NCBI GenBank assembly: GCA_965235115.1 | Contig: OZ249436.1 | Coordinates: forward strand, 54,934,001 to 54,998,000 | DNA from: Laetmonice hystrix | Lineage: Eukaryota | DNA length: 64,000 nucleotides | Reading direction: 5' to 3' | In this document: positions 52,501 through 64,000 of the stretch, piece after piece | How the letters are laid out: every line of letters begins with the position of its first letter | How positions within the stretch are numbered: position 1 is the first letter of the stretch | Made by a program: the position numbers and the translations under genes | Notes under the pieces: generated by a model | Seen by the model: only the letters and a program-made list of their open reading frames with translations | Told to the model about the DNA's origin: nothing | Database searches by the model: none

Positions 52501-53950
52501 CATCTGACAACCCGTTCACTTTGTCTCATACATACACTGCCACATTACCCACGACTTAATGATTACAGTCCCACAGATTCCACCTAAAATCACGCCATTT
52601 TTAATCATAATCATAAAAGTCATACCAGCCTTTCCTACCACGAGCTAAGTTGTACAGGTAGCATTCATGTCGTGCTCAGACCGGTTGGGTGTGATCCATA
52701 GCAGCGAGTGACGAGTGTTTACACACCAACATCTGACCTTACAACATTTCCCGGCGTTGACTACGGGAATATTTAACACAAAAAAAACCTGTAGCTTTTA
52801 TCATGGCTCGTCGCGTGCAATCCATTTACAGGTTATGTCCGGATCAGGTTAATCTGCGTTTTAATTGCACAAAAACACTCTTACCTAACAACTGTGGCCG
52901 CAAACATAGCAGTAGATTGTTTTACTCACTTCGTATGAGCTTTAAAGTGCGGCGGCAGCTGTTTTTTCTATCTCTCCATATCTTCGCCACACGGACTACT
53001 GAACTCAGATCTACAGTCAGTTTTTCTCTCTCTCTCATGAATGAGAGCAGATATCATTGTGCTGTTAGTTAGAATAACCAAAACGGTTAAATCCCTACCT
53101 GTATAAAGGCGGATTATCGTAGACCTTCCCAAATCGTACTTGACGAGTGCAAACTGAGGTTCCTTTCGACGTAACTGAAGCAATATCTTTGCAAACTTTG
53201 GAAACTACGGTCTTTCCGTGCCAACATCTCGCAGCTGGTTTAAGTTACCGACACGGTGTAAACGACACTTATTCAATGACGAACCGTCCTCTTACACAAG
53301 TGGACTTGAACGTGAAAAAATCAAAACCAAACCTCTGAAGTACACTCCTTGAGGGGGGAGTAAACGTCATGCGTCTAGAATAATGTCAATGCATTCTCAC
53401 GACCACCACCAATCAACTTTTTCTATCAACCAAGAACGGGAAGTGGCAAGATTAAACCTTACATAACGATGTACTGGTGTGAGAACGAAATTAACCCATC
53501 TTGATTTGCTACTGGCCGTAAGACTCATGACACCCAGATTTAAGATATTCGTTAGGTACAATCCTAACCTCGATCCCTCGGTGCCATACATTTTCACTTC
53601 TTCCAAGATCCCTCCATTCATGTCTATATCTGTCCCATTAAATAAGAAACCCACAATTATACCATTGTCAGGCTAACATGCTCAAATACGCGATTATTAA
53701 TATACGCAATTAAATAAAACACTTACAAAGGACACTGCATTTAATTACGAGTTCCATTTTTACCTAACTCTGTTCTCGTATTATCTTCATTTTAATTGGC
53801 AATGAAGCAAACAAGCAGTATGATTTTCCTTAACATGATTGGCTTTGCATAGCGTTCTCACACAATCGGCCTACACTAATCAGAAGATCCCCTCTGTCCC
53901 TTTGGGGAGCGCTATTCCTAGCTATTAAAAAAAAAAAAAAGTTATCTTAC

Positions 53951-54066
53951 TTGTTTTGGCGGCGTCGTGTAGTAGAGCTGGCCTGTGGTGGTGTAGGAGT
54001 CATCTAGCCCTTGGGCCGTCGGGTCGTAGAGGGTTTCATCCTCGCCATCAGCAGCCCAGGCCGTGC
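53951..54066 (-). CDS. Candidate coding exon (phase 1 to 0), product unknown
   Basis: TTGCAG| acceptor and CAA|GTAAGA donor. Only one frame is open, and it is GC3-rich (TAWAADGEDETLYDPTAQGLDDSYTTTGQLYYTTPPKQ). Confidence 0.6.
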
Positions 54067-54449
54067 CTGCAACATCCAACCACGCAAACTCTATTACATC
54101 AGTACATTCTGAGAGCGCCACAACATGTCTGACCACGTGCCTGCAACATCCAACCACGCAAACTCTATTACATCAGTACATTCTGAGAGCGCCACAACAT
54201 GTCTGACCACGTGCCTGCAACATCCAACCACGCAAACTCTATTACATCAGTACATTCTGAGAGCGCCACAACATGTCTGACCACGTGCCTGCAACATCCA
54301 ACCACGCAAACTCTATTACATCAGTACATTCTGAGAGCGCCACAACATGTCTGTCCACGTGCCTGCAACATCCAACCACGCAAACTCTATTATATCAGTA
54401 CATTCTGAGAGCGCCACAACATGTCTGACCACGTGCCTGCAACATCCAA
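54062..54449. repeat. 74-bp tandem repeat, 5 copies plus a partial
   Basis: CGTGCCTGCAACATCCAA at 54062, 54136, 54210, 54284, 54358 and 54432. Confidence 0.96.
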
Positions 54450-54545
54450 ACATCAGATGACTCAACTCAATACTGTGAACACGTGTCTACAACACCCAAT
54501 CATGTGATTTTAGCCAACATTTGCCTGCAACATCCAACTTCGAGA

Positions 54546-55036
54546 TAAGTCCACTCCGACAACATGTCTGTAACAACTAACCATGAACTAAGTCCACTCC
54601 GACAACGTGTCTACAACAACCAACCATGAACTAATTCCACTCCGACAACGTGTCTGCAACAACCAACCATGAACTAAGTCCACTCCGACAACGTGTCTGC
54701 AACAACCAACCATGAACTAAGTCCACTCCGACAACGTGTCTGCAACAACCAACCATGAACTAAGTCCACTCCGACAACGTGTCTGCAACAACCAACCATG
54801 AACTAAGTCCACTCCGACAACGTGTCTGCAACAACCAACCATGAACTAAGTCCACTCCGACAACGTGTCTGCAACAACCAACCATGAACTAAGTCCACTC
54901 CGACAACGTGTCTGCAACAACCAACCATGAACTAAGTCCACTCCGACAACGTGTCTGCAACAACCAACCATGAACTAAGTCCACTCCGACAACGTGTCTG
55001 CAACAACTAACCATGAACTAAGTCCACTCCGACAAC
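54546..55036. repeat. 43-bp minisatellite, about 11 copies
   Basis: AACTAAGTCCACTCCGACAACGTGTCTGCAACAACCAACCATG. Confidence 0.96.
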
Positions 55037-55128
55037 ACTTCAAACGTGTCTGCACCATCAGTCAGTTGATCTTGATCACCATAACACTGCGCATCACCAA
55101 TGGAACCTTAGAACAAATAATTATATAC

Positions 55129-56443
55129 AACAAGCTTGTAAAGCTTATAGCCCCCACCAAGAACTATGGATTCTTGATCAAACGATGCACGACTTCAATT
55201 GATCTTTGAAGGGCAAAGAAAATATTGTCAAATGAAACTTCGTAACTCATGTCTCTTGACAGCACCTCATGTCTCTTGGCGTTTGAAAGAAATCGAGATT
55301 GTATGTCCGTATTATTGCTTGAAATGTGTTTACATCTAATAAGATGGTTGCAATGCCCCATTTTGAGTGATATCACAACTCTACTACACATGCATCATCC
55401 TCAGACCGTCCATGATAATTGTGTAATGCTTATCTTTTTATAATGTTTTGGAGATACAGGCCATTGCAAATAATAATGCAAGAAACAAGTCATTTAAAAG
55501 GTGTGCGACCTTGAATGACCTTTGACCTTCACTTGAGGTAAAAGAAAATACCAAATGAAACTTCATATATGACTTCCTATCTCTGTTCAATAGTAATTAT
55601 GTGCTTACCTTACGTACTTTTGGAGATATCAATCATTAAAAATATGCATGACCTTGTCTGACCTTTATAGATCACCCGAGGTCATGGAAAATGGCGTCAA
55701 ATGAAAGTTCATATATGACTTCCTATGCGTGTTCAATAGTATCTATGGCGATATCTTCAACTGATACGGAGATACAAGCCATTTAAAAGTTGTGCGACGT
55801 TGAATGATCTTTGACCTTCACTTGGGGTAAAAGAAAATACCAAATGAATCTTCATGACTTCCTATCCATGTTCAATAGTAAATATGTGCTTATCTTACCA
55901 TAATTTTATCTACATTGTATATAAATCATTGGAAATATGCATGACATTGTTTGACCTTTATAAACCACCAAGGTCATGGAAAATGGTGCCAATTGAAACT
56001 TCATATATGACTTCCTATCTGTCAATAATACTAACTATGGCGTTATCATTCACCATTTTTTAAGATATAAGCCAAAACAGTGTCATTGTGGGGGTCAAGA
56101 AACAAATATGGCCGCCATGTAACCATTTTGGATCTGAATTGAAATTTCCTTGTGATACATATTGGCCATCATTATGCCTCGTCCCTGCACCATGTTTGAA
56201 AGAAATCGTAATTGTTCTGGCTGAGTTATTGCTCAAAATGTGTTTACATCCAAGATGGCCGCCAAGCGGCCATTTTGGATATCAAAAATCGGTTTGACGT
56301 GCATCATCCTCAGCTCAAAGAAATCGACGCATACACTTCTGAGAAATCGCTGTCTACGGATACGCGCAGACGTACGTCCGGCGCGACGGACGTACGGACG
56401 GACCGAGGGCGAATTATAAGCCCCCCGTTGTGGGGGCTAATTA
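55129..56443. mobile_element. HINE / non-autonomous Helentron-like element (DINE-1 / pearl-like architecture)
   Basis: One end is ACAAG...TTATAGCCCCC. The other end has a (GGAC)-like microsatellite and the hairpin AGCCCCCCGTTGTGGGGGCT in A/T-rich flanks. The interior has ~145-bp diverged repeats (CAAATGAAACTTCATATATGACTTCCTAT at ~55552, 55699, 55841, 55990) and TGACCTT motifs. Confidence 0.75.
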
Positions 56444-57592
56444 AATCACACCTGAGCACGTGTTATTGACTGAATGACGTAGGGTATACATTTAGATTGA
56501 ATGGGGGATAAGAAAGCTTCGCTCGCAGTTTACAACTCTGAATGGAACCGCTTGGGTTGGATAATTAACAATATAGAAACTTGGCAATGTCGATCACGGA
56601 AACCTCTCGTTAGGAACGCGATCCAGGTGAGTGTCAGAGAAAGCTGAGGCAGGAGTAGAGAGCGTGACTATTAGGGCTGTTTACATAGACTGATTGCAGC
56701 GTTATTAAATCATTATTTTCTTAAATCAATATGCATCCTGTAACTGGTTCTTATCTATTAACGCGTAATATATGTATCAAACTGGGCTTTCAGGTTATTC
56801 ATTAACTTTAAGATTAATTGAAAGCAGTTAATTTATACATGGCCACAGGGTAAGCCTGGAAATACATAAGGAAACCTAGATCCGTATACTTCTTTACGGG
56901 ACTCAAACACACTGAGATACGAAACATCAATTATAACGACGAATCGTAACTCAAACAGCGAAGGGCCGAATAGTTATGTTGTTATGCCACGTCGGCAATT
57001 AACACCATGATCATGAAAAAAATAAACATGGTCCCAAACATGACAGAGTAAGGTTGGATGAAGGAACCAGATCATAGACCTGCGAATACTTTAGCTATAA
57101 ATGGCCGTGATACTATATCAATGCAATAAAACCTATAATATATCCAACGAAACATAATGAGGGGGGAAGTAGACAAATTCAATGTTGGAGACGGGTTTTG
57201 TACCAAAACCTTTAGTTTCTCTCGCCACCTTTGACTGACCTCCACTGACCTCAGCAATGAAGAGGTCGGTGCATTATTCACACCGCTTAATATACATGTA
57301 CGTGTATATACGTTCAGCATTCGAATGCTTAAACAGAACTCTGTTTCTTTCTCAGTTTCTGAATTTGTGATTAAATACCCCCTCCCTCCTCACAAGAGAA
57401 AGCACTCGTGGAAAGTTACCTTCCAATGAAAGAATTGTGAATTGAAAGACGTTAAAGGAGCTATACCTCGACTGGTTCGATCCTCAGTATTTGCTGACGG
57501 ATCCTTACTCCGCTGTAGTCGAAGCATGGACGGCCTCAAGACAAGCATAGAGAGAGCTGAGGTATGCGTATCGGTGGGGTGCACACCCTTAC

Positions 57593-57620
57593 CCCCCGTC
57601 CGCCACCCCTGGCCTGCCAT
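57593..57620 (-). CDS. Candidate short first coding segment (MAGQGWRTG)
   Basis: AAGATGG start context and |GTAAGG donor in phase 1, which matches the phase-1 exon at 54066. Confidence 0.3.
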
Positions 57621-57757
57621 CTTCCAATGTCACCCCTCCATGACGTTAAAGACCCTGAATCCAGTGGGTTGTCGGTTGAGTGACCGCTGCGAGGTGTGAT
57701 CGGATTTCGAGGTGCCGATCCTGGTATTGTTCCGCTGTTATATGCTCTGGTACCACT

Positions 57758-59474
57758 CGAGTTGTGACGGTTAGATAGGTGTTGGGTAGACGCTGAGTTG
57801 TGACGGTGAGATAGGTGTTGGGTAGACGCCGAGTTGTGACGGTGAGATAGGTGTTGGGTAGACGCCGAGTTGTGACGGTTAGATAGGTATTGGGTAGACG
57901 CCGAGTTGTGACGGTTAGATAGGTGTTGGGTAGACGCCGAGTTGTGACGGTTAGATAGGTGTTGGGTAGACGCTGAGTTGTGACGGTGAGATAGGTGTTG
58001 GGTAGACGCCGAGTTGTGAGATAGGTGTTGGGTAGACGCTGAGTTGTGACGGTGAGATAGGTGTTGGGTAGACGCCGAGTTGTGACGGTGAGATAGGTGT
58101 TGGGTAGACGCCGAGTTGTGACGGTTAGATAGGTGTTGGGTAGACGCCGAGTTGTGACGGTTAGATAGGTGTTGGGTAGACGCCGAGTTGTGACGGTTAG
58201 ATAGGTGTTGGGTAGACGCTGAGTTGTGACGGTGAGATAGGTGTTGGGTAGACGCCGAGTTGTGAGATAGGTGTTGGGTAGACGCCGAGTTGTGACGGTT
58301 AGATAGGTGTTGGGTAGACGCCGAGTTGTGACGGTGAGATAGGTGTTGGGTAGACGCCGAGTTGTGACGGTGAGATAGGTGTTGGGTAGACGCCAAGTTG
58401 TGACGGTGAGATAGGTGTTGGGTAGACGCCGAGTTGTGACGGTGAGATAGGTGTTGGGTAGACGCCGAGTTGTGACGGTGAGATAGGTGTTGGGTAGACG
58501 CCGAGTTGTGACGGTGAGATAGGTGTTGGGTAGACGCCGTGTTGTGACGGTTAGATAGGTGTTGGGTAGACGCCGTGTTGTGACGGTTAGATAGGTGTTG
58601 GGTAGACGCCGAGTTGTGACGGTGAGATAGGTGTTGGGTAGACGCCGAGTTGTGACGGTGAGATAGGTGTTGGGTAGACGCTGAGTTGTGACGGTGAGAT
58701 AGGTGTTGGGTAGACGCTGAGTTGTGACGGTGAGATAGGTGTTGGGTAGACGCTGAGTTGTGACAGTTAGATAGGTGTTGGGTAGACGCTGAGTTGTGAC
58801 AGTTAGATAGGTGTTGGGTAGACGCCGAGTTGTGACGGTGAGATAGGTGTTGGGTAGACGCCGTGTTGTGACGGTTAGATAGGTGTTGGGTAGACGCCGT
58901 GTTGTGACGGTTAGATAGGTGTTGGGTAGACGCCGAGTTGTGACGGTGAGATAGGTGTTGGGTAGACGCCGAGTTGTGACGGTGAGATAGGTGTTGGGTA
59001 GACGCCGTGTTGTGACGGTTAGATAGGTGTTGGGTAGACGCCGAGTTGTGACGGTTAGATAGGTGTTGGGTAGACGCCGAGTTGTGACGGTGAGATAGGT
59101 GTTGGGTAGACGCCAAGTTGTGACGGTTAGATAGGTGTTGGGTAGACGCCGAGTTGTGACGGTTAGATAGGTGTTGGGTAGACGCCGAGTTGTGACGGTG
59201 AGATAGGTGTTGGGTAGACGCCGAGTTGTGACGGTGAGATAGGTGTTGGGTAGACGCCGTGTTGTGACGGTTAGATAGGTGTTGGGTAGACGCCGAGTTG
59301 TGACGGTTAGATAGGTGTTGGGTAGACGCCGAGTTGTGACGGTGAGATAGGTGTTGGGTAGACGCCGAGTTGTGACGGTTAGATAGGTGTTGGGTAGACG
59401 CTGAGTTGTGACGGTTAGATAGGTGTTGGGTAGACGCCGAGTTGTGACGGTGAGATAGGTGTTGGGTAGACGCC
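57758..59474. repeat. 36-bp minisatellite, about 48 copies
   Basis: GAGTTGTGACGGT(G/T)AGATAGGTGTTGGGTAGACGC(C/T). Two units (~58015 and ~58260) lack 6 bp. Confidence 0.98.
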
Positions 59475-61870
59475 TTGATATCACCCGCCTACATTAATCT
59501 AATAGGACGTCGTAGGCGGAGGTAGTTGCGTGGGGTTGATTGCCTCCTGACGGCACGCACACAGGTTTCCAGGTGTGCCAACTTTCACCAGCCGTCTCTC
59601 ATCCACCGACGCCGCACCCTCTCCGAGGATGGTTGGATCCGGGGTATTAGTCGTATCACACACCCATGTCTGCATGCAGCCTACCATTCAGCTACCACGC
59701 TAGGTCCTATTGATTCCCATCAATAAACTTGGGATCCGTGCAAGTCCTTCCTCACCCTTGCCAGCTCTGCCTGCCAGCACGCCTGGTGCAACGACCCAAG
59801 CTACGGACATATCCGGAGGGTCTCTCAACATTTTATCTAAATGGCGTATCTTTATTACGTATCCGATGATTGCTCATATCGTTGCCTCCGCAGCCTTAGG
59901 CTGTATAATAATTCGATCGGAGTGACAATTAAAGTACCGATTTGTCGCTTTTACAGCTCCATATGAATATACATTGATTCCAAGCCCTGCGATGCTGGGA
60001 TGCAGACGTTGCGGAACAATTTTTCTGACGTCAGCAAAACGTCTCAAGCTTGTTCTTTCAGAGAGGTTTCTGCATTCTCCAAATTAGTCAATTCATCCGA
60101 TCAACGACTGAACGTTTCACTTGACCTTAGGAAATGCCGAAAGTGGAACATAATAGTCCCATAAATCACACCACACTTCACGTTCATGGTTACCGGTTTA
60201 TTATGGTGCGCAAGAATATCACAATGATCCAATCAGAAATGTCCTTTTATTAAAACTGGGTCAGGGTCATGGCAATAAGACATTCCGTTCGCTTTTCATT
60301 TTTTAAAGGTTGCCAGTTATGGGTGGGGAACATTAAAAAATGTAGGCGAGAAAAGTGGTAATCCACTGGAGGTGGACCCCTGGAAACGAAATGTGTGATA
60401 TTTTCAAGTAGGCCCATTGTTCTGCGGCGCTGTTCTCTGTATGTGTGACAGCAGCCGAGTTCTCACAACGCCCGCGGTACAAGTTCTTGGGGTTTTATGT
60501 AGCGTAGCGGCGTATACAACATTCCATTTTACCTTTACCTGGATTCACAAGATGACTCGCCTTCAGACATACCTGTTACAGGTACACGTTTTTGTGTGTG
60601 TATAGGTGTGCACCCACCCGTAGCCACACCCTATGCTGTGCACGCACAGGTGTGCAATAACCTACGGCCTCGCCCGGTGTTCATCCTGTTAGCCACTCCC
60701 ACTGGACCAAAGACAATACCTAGGTATATTATACACATTGTATACAGGTACATGCATATGAAACGCCCCCTCAGCGAAGGGTCCTATACCTGCCCTTCCC
60801 GCCCTTCATTTGAAATAAGTACGAACAGAAATGTGGTATCTTTATGATTATCTGTCTCCCAATGTAGTCTTTTATTCATTCCAGCGGCAATGTCATATCC
60901 TTATCACGATCTTACTGCACTAAGACACTGATAGACAGGAAATGTGCCAGACATTAATCTAATGTATGCATAGGTCTTCTTAATTCGCCTCCATAGATTA
61001 GATAGCCTGGTCCTCAGGTCTATATTGACTACGTATATAGACAGACCATGGTGAAGGCTAATCGAAGAAAGCGCTTTGATTGGCCCATCCAAAACGCAAA
61101 CATCGATGGTTGTTCCGTACCCTCCGTATTTCTCCAACAACATCATACAAATATTTTTGTCAATCCTTTTACAATACAAGTGTTAAAAGAAACGTCCATC
61201 GCCAGTGTGTACAGGCCAGGCACACAGGCCGTGATATTCTAAGCAATTTAAAAAAGATTTGAACACAATTGGTGCTCAAATAGTTAAGATATAAGCACTT
61301 TAGTGCCGGAGCCTGCTTAGAGCCTGCTCCGCTGGTGTTGGCGTCTGCTCCTTGGGCTAATTTCAAACTGCGCATGCTCGACTACTGCTCTCCAGTTTGG
61401 GAGGAACGAAAAACTGACGCACCTGTTGCGTTGAGCGATTCGAAAGGTAGCGAACGTTGACAGCTTATAGATTCTAAGCAAAATTTGTTAGAACATAGAC
61501 GAAAACCATCGATCATAGTGATGAGGAATGGCTAGGAATTAAGCCTACTGATGTCAGGGGATACATCAGGGTGGACACGGATCTGGGCAGCCGTGGGTTT
61601 CGGCCGCCTGCATTCAATTCGTCCCGCTCGGAGGTGTGATGTTGACGGTGCCCAGGGCCACTGGGCCGGTGGCCGGGCCCTGACTCCGACCGCGGGCGGG
61701 TGCTGGCAGTGTCAGACTCCTGTGGTCAGCACAGACCTGTTGCGTTTAGTTGTGACTGTGACTGTGGGACTGACCCCCGTTGATTTGCCCACCCGCCTCG
61801 GCTGCCTTTACTTTAGTCTAGTCTAGCCTAGCCCCGGCATGCAATAGACGGGCATAAGAACGTCACTTAC

Positions 61871-61939
61871 TTCCGGCCAAATGGCTGCGCCGTTGAAGCC
61901 AGTGATTTTGACACGGTTGTCATGTTCATCATATGACTT
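61871..61939 (-). CDS. Candidate 69-nt exon
   Basis: TTCCCCCATTTCAAG| acceptor and |GTAAGT donor; open frame KSYDEHDNRVKITGFNGAAIWPE. A second frame is also open. Confidence 0.3.
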
Positions 61940-63523
61940 CTTGAAATGGGGGAACATTTATTTCCAACCACTACGCTGAAAGGTGAGTGTATATAGAGGC
62001 CTTGCAGCTGTCCAAATGTGATTTTTGACTGGACCTCTCCTTTAAATATCCTTGCTTTTCTGGATGTAGACATAGTGTCATCGGTCCCTACGAGAGGCTA
62101 CGGTCCGCAGCAGCCATGGCCATGTTGGCCACACTTCAAGCAGAGATCGGTCACTCCGTTGACGCTGACCAACACAATGGAAGCGGAAGTGCTTGGAGTT
62201 TAATCTCTTCCTTCCGTTTGGCGGTTTTCTTACAGTGAAATTACCCAGCACCTGCCTAACATAGCGGACGCGTCTGTTTGGCAAGGGACCAGGCTATAGA
62301 TTAGATGGTTGACTCCACGTGCGTGCCTGTAACTATCAAGATTTTAGTAATCTCTGAAAGTAGCCAAACTGGGCCTTGAGTAATATCGCTAGTTCGACAG
62401 AATCTCTACTGAAAAACGCTGGGTGATAGTAGGCTAACCATAGACAAAATTAATGTAAGTCTCGATCGATTCTCTACGACTAGAAAAATAAATCCTACAA
62501 ACATGCAAGTGTTCTACAATTATGACGGTCTACTTAAAGGTGCGGAAAGATTCTTATACATCAAGAATAAGCCAGTTCCTACCTATCACCAACATCGTGT
62601 GGATGATTTTGAGATCATCTGTAGTGACAAACGGGTTCAGAGGAAGCACATGTCTACCTAGTTTGAAAACGACAATAGATAAATAGCTATCATCCCTTCG
62701 ACGCCGATCTGACATTTCAATTTGAGAGGGGAATTCCGTCACGTGACTTTGGACGCCTCTCCCTGGGATTTAAGGCTTGTCACACACAGCTCACACATAT
62801 TCACCAGGTGGCGCCAGTTATTTCCTCAAACTGGTACTCACAGCACATGGTGCTTCACCCCCAGAAACCGGGGGTTCGCGGAGCAATACCGGGAATTCCG
62901 GCACAGCTCATTCTCTGTTTGGTGGATCCACCATCATAGTAGGACAACATCGGTGATGAAAAGGATGAATTGTAATAGGTATAAATTATACGAATGATCT
63001 TCGTAGCTCAACCCAGTAGTTACAATAAACACAATTTGGTTACAGAAATCAAACGCTTAATCAAGAGAGTATAAAGCTCGTTCTGTTTGCAACTCCTCCC
63101 CCGCCCCTGGTACCGTCAACAACAACATTGGCGCGTTGACAGCTGACAGGAGACTGGGATCAGAAGTAATTCGCTTTGTAAGCTGACGTCAGTCAAATGT
63201 TAACTCTAGAATCACCCTATCATCAAACAGTGTACGAGTCATTACTACACTAGCTTTCACTTGAAATTGGTCACAACTTCCGACTTTACCAAAATCATAA
63301 ATTCTATTTATTCCGATGATGGCCGCCATTTTGGCCTACTTTTCTCCCATGAAGCTTTGCGCAGTATACGAGTGAGTATTTACGGAAATCCGGGGGCACG
63401 CGAGTGTGCAGCTCACATAGGCTACAGCAACTCCAATGTTGTCAGCTGTCTTGAGTCCAAGAACTTGCCGTAAAACGGGGAATACCCCATGCCAAATGCC
63501 ATTCATGTGGCCAAGATTGAGAA

Positions 63524-63693
63524 AGGTACATTCCACTAACTAAAGATGTTTTTAGCAAAGACGTCTTTGGAAAGACGTCTTTGTGGGGCCAATGTTAAAG
63601 AATAGGTGGTTAGTGAAACACCCGTCGCCGCAAAGACCTCTTCGGCTTAGCTACCATTTCAAAGACGTCTTTCGGGCTTAATGGAACGCACCT
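63524..63693. mobile_element. Small degenerate MITE
   Basis: AGGTACATTCCACTAA is mirrored by TTAATGGAACGCACCT; internal palindromic AAAGACGTCTTT repeats. Confidence 0.5.
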
Positions 63694-64000
63694 ACTGAGG
63701 TAAAACAGTGGCAAGGATGAAAAGGTCCACGTTAAAAAGAAAGCTTTAGAGAAACACCTATTCTGCTGACACCACATCCCTTACAGTTATGCCTAATGTT
63801 CGAAGCCGTAAATTTAATTTATTTTATCATCTAGCCGCCCTATCCAATATCTCCTGGATGTATGACACCAGAATAAACCCATTACGGGAGTTGTCGAGAT
63901 GGTCATCCAGTCGGTTCGCTTAGGCTAAATATAAGCACCCCATGATATAATGTCATGTGCAAGTATTCATCCAATCAAATGTCGGCGCTGTCGGTGTGGC

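Noticed and set aside
47391..53640. Further possible minus-strand exons (~47391-47582, ~48204-48262, ~51438-51540, ~53462-53630)
   Set aside because: Each has more than one open frame or weak splice signals, so they cannot be told from chance without transcript data.
34236..59474. Regular 34-74-bp repeat arrays as CRISPR arrays
   Set aside because: Units are head-to-tail with no unique spacers, no cas genes are present, and the context is eukaryotic.
57646..59484. 612-aa ORF (RRLPNTYLTVTT)n as a gene
   Set aside because: It is a by-product of a stop-free 36-bp unit, with a non-ATG start and almost no unique sequence.

Overview
Eukaryotic (animal) genomic DNA that is mostly non-coding and rich in repeats. 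The mix of tRNA-derived SINEs (Meta-like and V-like cores), a HINE/Helentron-type element and DIRS remnants points to a marine invertebrate, probably a lophotrochozoan; this is inference. I found no prokaryotic operon, rRNA, intact tRNA gene or CRISPR array. The best-supported structures are: (1) a three-level nest at about 27.5-31.2 kb, where a DIRS tyrosine-recombinase remnant is split by a CACTG/EnSpm-type element, which is in turn split by a hAT-like element with a 6-bp target-site duplication (TSD); (2) a MITE inserted in reverse orientation into a copy of itself at 14.7-16.5 kb, forming a ~1.8-kb quasi-palindrome; (3) many small TIR elements, several with readable TSDs; (4) about ten minisatellite arrays; (5) a strong excess of TAGGCCTA/TAGGCTA motifs, one of which appears to be a 5-bp insertion breaking a coding frame; (6) scattered candidate exons of an unidentified minus-strand gene or genes at about 37.8-62 kb, one with its splice acceptor amplified into two minisatellites. 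I cannot support a claim of a wholly new biological system from the sequence alone. The findings are testable leads. Coordinates were counted by hand and may be off by a few bases.
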